Shown here: positions 46,206-48,353 of the stretch, in pieces
Position numbering within the stretch: the stretch's first letter is position 1
Layout of the letters: each line of letters opens with the position of its first letter
From: Nitrospirota bacterium
Lineage (GTDB): Bacteria; JACPQY01
Reading direction: 5' to 3'
NCBI GenBank assembly: GCA_016180645.1
Contig: JACPAV010000009.1
Coordinates: forward strand, 62,001-110,353
Length of the DNA: 48,353 bases
Made by a program: the position numbers and the translations under genes
The notes under the pieces: generated by a model
The model's input: the letters and a program-made list of their open reading frames with translations, nothing else
Databases searched by the model: none
What the model was told of the DNA's origin: nothing

Positions 46206-48097
46206 TTGGAGCCGGGAACGAAGAAATCGAGCGGTTTGCCGTCCGAACCTTTGGGTCTCCGATAGACACGAACGCGATCGGGCGGAGTATCGAAGATACG
46301 AACATCGTCCGGGGCTAGAGACTCCGATGCGGCCTCCCAGAAAATGACCAGGTCCAGATCTCCCACGCGATCGTTGATGACGGCGAAGTTCGCGTCTTTG
46401 GCCGTGCTGAAGAGTCCGTCGCCGATCACGGACGAGCCTGCTTCAAACTTGTCTCTTTCTTTACCCTCCGCATCCAGTTCCTTCGTCTTGCGTCTCCGAT
46501 CATCCGCCATCGAATGAATATCCCGAAAGAGGTAGCCCCTCCGCCCGTTCCGCGCCGAGGGGGTGACAATGCCGAAAACCCGTTCCTTATTCTTGACATG
46601 ATTCGGATTATTGGAATTGTCCGCCCGCGTCGCCGGCTCGAAGTGCTCGGGCCGAGGGTTCGTCACACGAAAAGTGTTTCCATCGTCGCGCCGGTAGTCC
46701 GTCAGAATCTCGGTGCCCGATTTGCGATACGGATACAATGTGTAGTTACGCCTGAATCCCGTTTCGGCGGACAAGACGTAGGTGTCGCGAAACCATTCCT
46801 TCCACTTCTTCCATGTGGTCTCGACGTATGGGAGAGGACACCCCTTCACATTCCCCGGCTCTTCCGATCGAAGAAGACCCCGGAGAGTCTGGAAGCGGAT
46901 GGGGCTCCACCAACTCTCCGTGAGCCGGTCATAGAGAATGTGATTGATGTTCAGGGCAAACCCGGTGATCCCGAGGGAGAGCGCCCTGCTGCCCTTCTCC
47001 TGTTCCGGATCGCCCCAATCGGTCGTATCGAATATTTCAACGGAATCGGTAAGCGTACTGTAGGCCAAGCTGAATCGGATCTTGCGGTAGGGATCGCCTC
47101 CCTCGAAGGAATCGTTGATCACCTCATGCCACCAAATAATTTTCAGGGGATACGCCCGCGGCTGGTCGCCGACCAGGAGTCCGAAGACGAGGTCCGTTTC
47201 CCTCATGTACCACTTCTTCACGCGGAGGTGATCGTTGTCCTCAGCCTGGACTTGATTCCGGATTTGTTCCGGCGTGAGCTTGGTCATCTCCATGCTGTAC
47301 CGCGGCAAATCCACGGCATCGCAACAGTAAGGAGGGCTCGTTTCGTCCCACCCACAGCAGAAATATCTCTTCTTCTTCTCACCTTTTTCTTCGACCTCAT
47401 CCTGAGCTCGATTGCAGGGATACCGATCCGGCTCCTGCGGCCTCCCCTGCTCATCCAACCCTGGGCGCTCGGTGCACTGCGTCCACAGGCTGCCTTCGGT
47501 ATCTCCGGTGACGAGGGATGGGATGCAGTCCTTCTCGTCGAAGCAGGCCCGCGTAATCGGGTTCTGGTCGGGAGAATTCGGATCGAAGAGATCCTTCTTC
47601 ACGCGCCGGTTGTCCTTGCCCACGAAGAACTGGAGCCCTGTCCCGTGTTCCGATTCGGTGTAGTCCGCGTTGAAATAATCCTCGCTTCGAAGCGCTTGCT
47701 GCTCCGGAGCCTCACGCGACCACACACCCGCGGTTGGCCACACCGTATTCCAGGCGAACCAGGATGAAACGACGCCCTTGTCGTAGGGAACGAGGATGTC
47801 GTTGGCGGAGTCCGCATCGGTGGTCACTCCCCCGCCCTTGGCCCGGCCCCAGAAGTCCCACCTGTTCCCTTCGGAATCCTCGGCCTCGAACCCGGATGGG
47901 ATGGCGTTGAGCAGGGGACTTCGGGCCGACTCCATCGCGAGCGTTTGGCACGTATCAAACGGCCCCGGGTAGGCGAACGGCTTGGAGGCGCTCGACCCCT
48001 CGCACGCTGTGAAGACCGAGCACAGAGCGGCCGCGGCGAGCCAGCTCGCACCCCGCGTCCGGTCATTCGATGTTTCCTTCAAACATTCATTCAGCAT
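46202..48097 (-). CDS. DUF3179-domain lipoprotein with Cys-rich insertion
   Basis: Lipobox-like FTAC; IPSL, RAYPLKIIWWHEVIND, LYDRLTESWW, TTWKKW....DTYVLS.ETGFRRNY, KERVFG and VINDRVG match the DUF3179 pattern. Confidence 0.75.
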   Translation of the reverse strand: MLNECLKETSNDRTRGASWLAAAALCSVFTACEGSSASKPFAYPGPFDTCQTLAMESARSPLLNAIPSGFEAEDSEGNRWDFWGRAKGGGVTTDADSANDILVPYDKGVVSSWFAWNTVWPTAGVWSREAPEQQALRSEDYFNADYTESEHGTGLQFFVGKDNRRVKKDLFDPNSPDQNPITRACFDEKDCIPSLVTGDTEGSLWTQCTERPGLDEQGRPQEPDRYPCNRAQDEVEEKGEKKKRYFCCGWDETSPPYCCDAVDLPRYSMEMTKLTPEQIRNQVQAEDNDHLRVKKWYMRETDLVFGLLVGDQPRAYPLKIIWWHEVINDSFEGGDPYRKIRFSLAYSTLTDSVEIFDTTDWGDPEQEKGSRALSLGITGFALNINHILYDRLTESWWSPIRFQTLRGLLRSEEPGNVKGCPLPYVETTWKKWKEWFRDTYVLSAETGFRRNYTLYPYRKSGTEILTDYRRDDGNTFRVTNPRPEHFEPATRADNSNNPNHVKNKERVFGIVTPSARNGRRGYLFRDIHSMADDRRRKTKELDAEGKERDKFEAGSSVIGDGLFSTAKDANFAVINDRVGDLDLVIFWEAASESLAPDDVRIFDTPPDRVRVYRRPKGSDGKPLDFFVPGSK

Positions 48098-48297
48098 GGT
48101 GTCGGATTATACCGATTCGGGCGATGGCCGTCCCCCTTCTTGTGATCCCAAGGAAAGGACCCAAGAGCTTCCAACAGAATGCCGATTCGTAGGGGGGCAT
48201 CTTCAGATGCTCCCTCTTGTCCGGAGGGTCTGAAGACCCTCCCTTACGCATTCTGCTAAATATGCCCACTAATGTACTTTAACATATTCTCCATATC

Positions 48298-48322
48298 TGC
48301 TATGCTCTCCTCAACAAGGAGG
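48298..48322 (+). promoter_or_regulatory. Extended -10 promoter and RBS
   Basis: TG-C-TATGCT (48298-48306) in an AT-rich tract; AAGGAGG at 48316-48322. Confidence 0.55.
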
Positions 48323-48326
48323 GTTC

Positions 48327-48353
48327 ATGGCCAGAACGATTCGGTTGACGCGG
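48327..48353 (+). CDS. Start of an unidentified gene (MARTIRLTR...), truncated by the window end
   Basis: ATG just downstream of a strong SD and promoter. Confidence 0.55.

Noticed and set aside
22334-47767. Long antisense ORFs 22334-23713, 29079-30383, 35393-36622, 40922-42094, 44367-45938 and 46514-47767
   Set aside because: Each lies opposite a well-supported gene (metG, nuoD, thrC/moaD, flgE, fliK, DUF3179) and reads as reverse-codon noise.

Overview
A GC-rich bacterial chromosome segment from a flagellated organism; the gene content resembles deltaproteobacteria-like lineages (inference only). From left to right it holds: (1) a minus-strand run mazE-mazF-priA-GIY-YIG-yicC-family-4 UDG downstream of tRNA-Ala(CGC); (2) an OCD/alanine dehydrogenase family gene, mutY and an HD phosphohydrolase; (3) a surface-glycosylation region (GT2s, GT4, AsnB-type amidotransferase, methyltransferase, GT-C membrane proteins, one pseudogene) with tatA and tRNA-Leu(CAG); (4) a Zn-ribbon receiver, ricT/PSP1, metG and a tatD-radical SAM fusion; (5) an accessory trio of a DUF5678-like protein, an aspartic protease and a cyclase-like protein; (6) an unannotated 46-aa membrane protein, a PLC/P1-fold gene and a partial complex I operon (nuoA,C,D,H,I); (7) rplY, prs, thrC, a MoaD-NIL fusion and sat; (8) a flagellar block (maf-like, a 1006-aa flgE, flgD, fliK) and a DUF3179 lipoprotein. 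The strongest candidate for an undescribed system is a lower-GC GIY-YIG nuclease gene exactly bracketed by 19-bp inverted repeats inside the priA-yicC operon. Also notable are a sulfur carrier whose Gly-Gly is buried by a fused NIL domain, several REP-like palindrome families (one read through in frame), frame-controlling short repeats and recurrent apparently leaderless genes. No CRISPR array, integrase or transposase was seen. All family calls come from motif recognition, not database searches.
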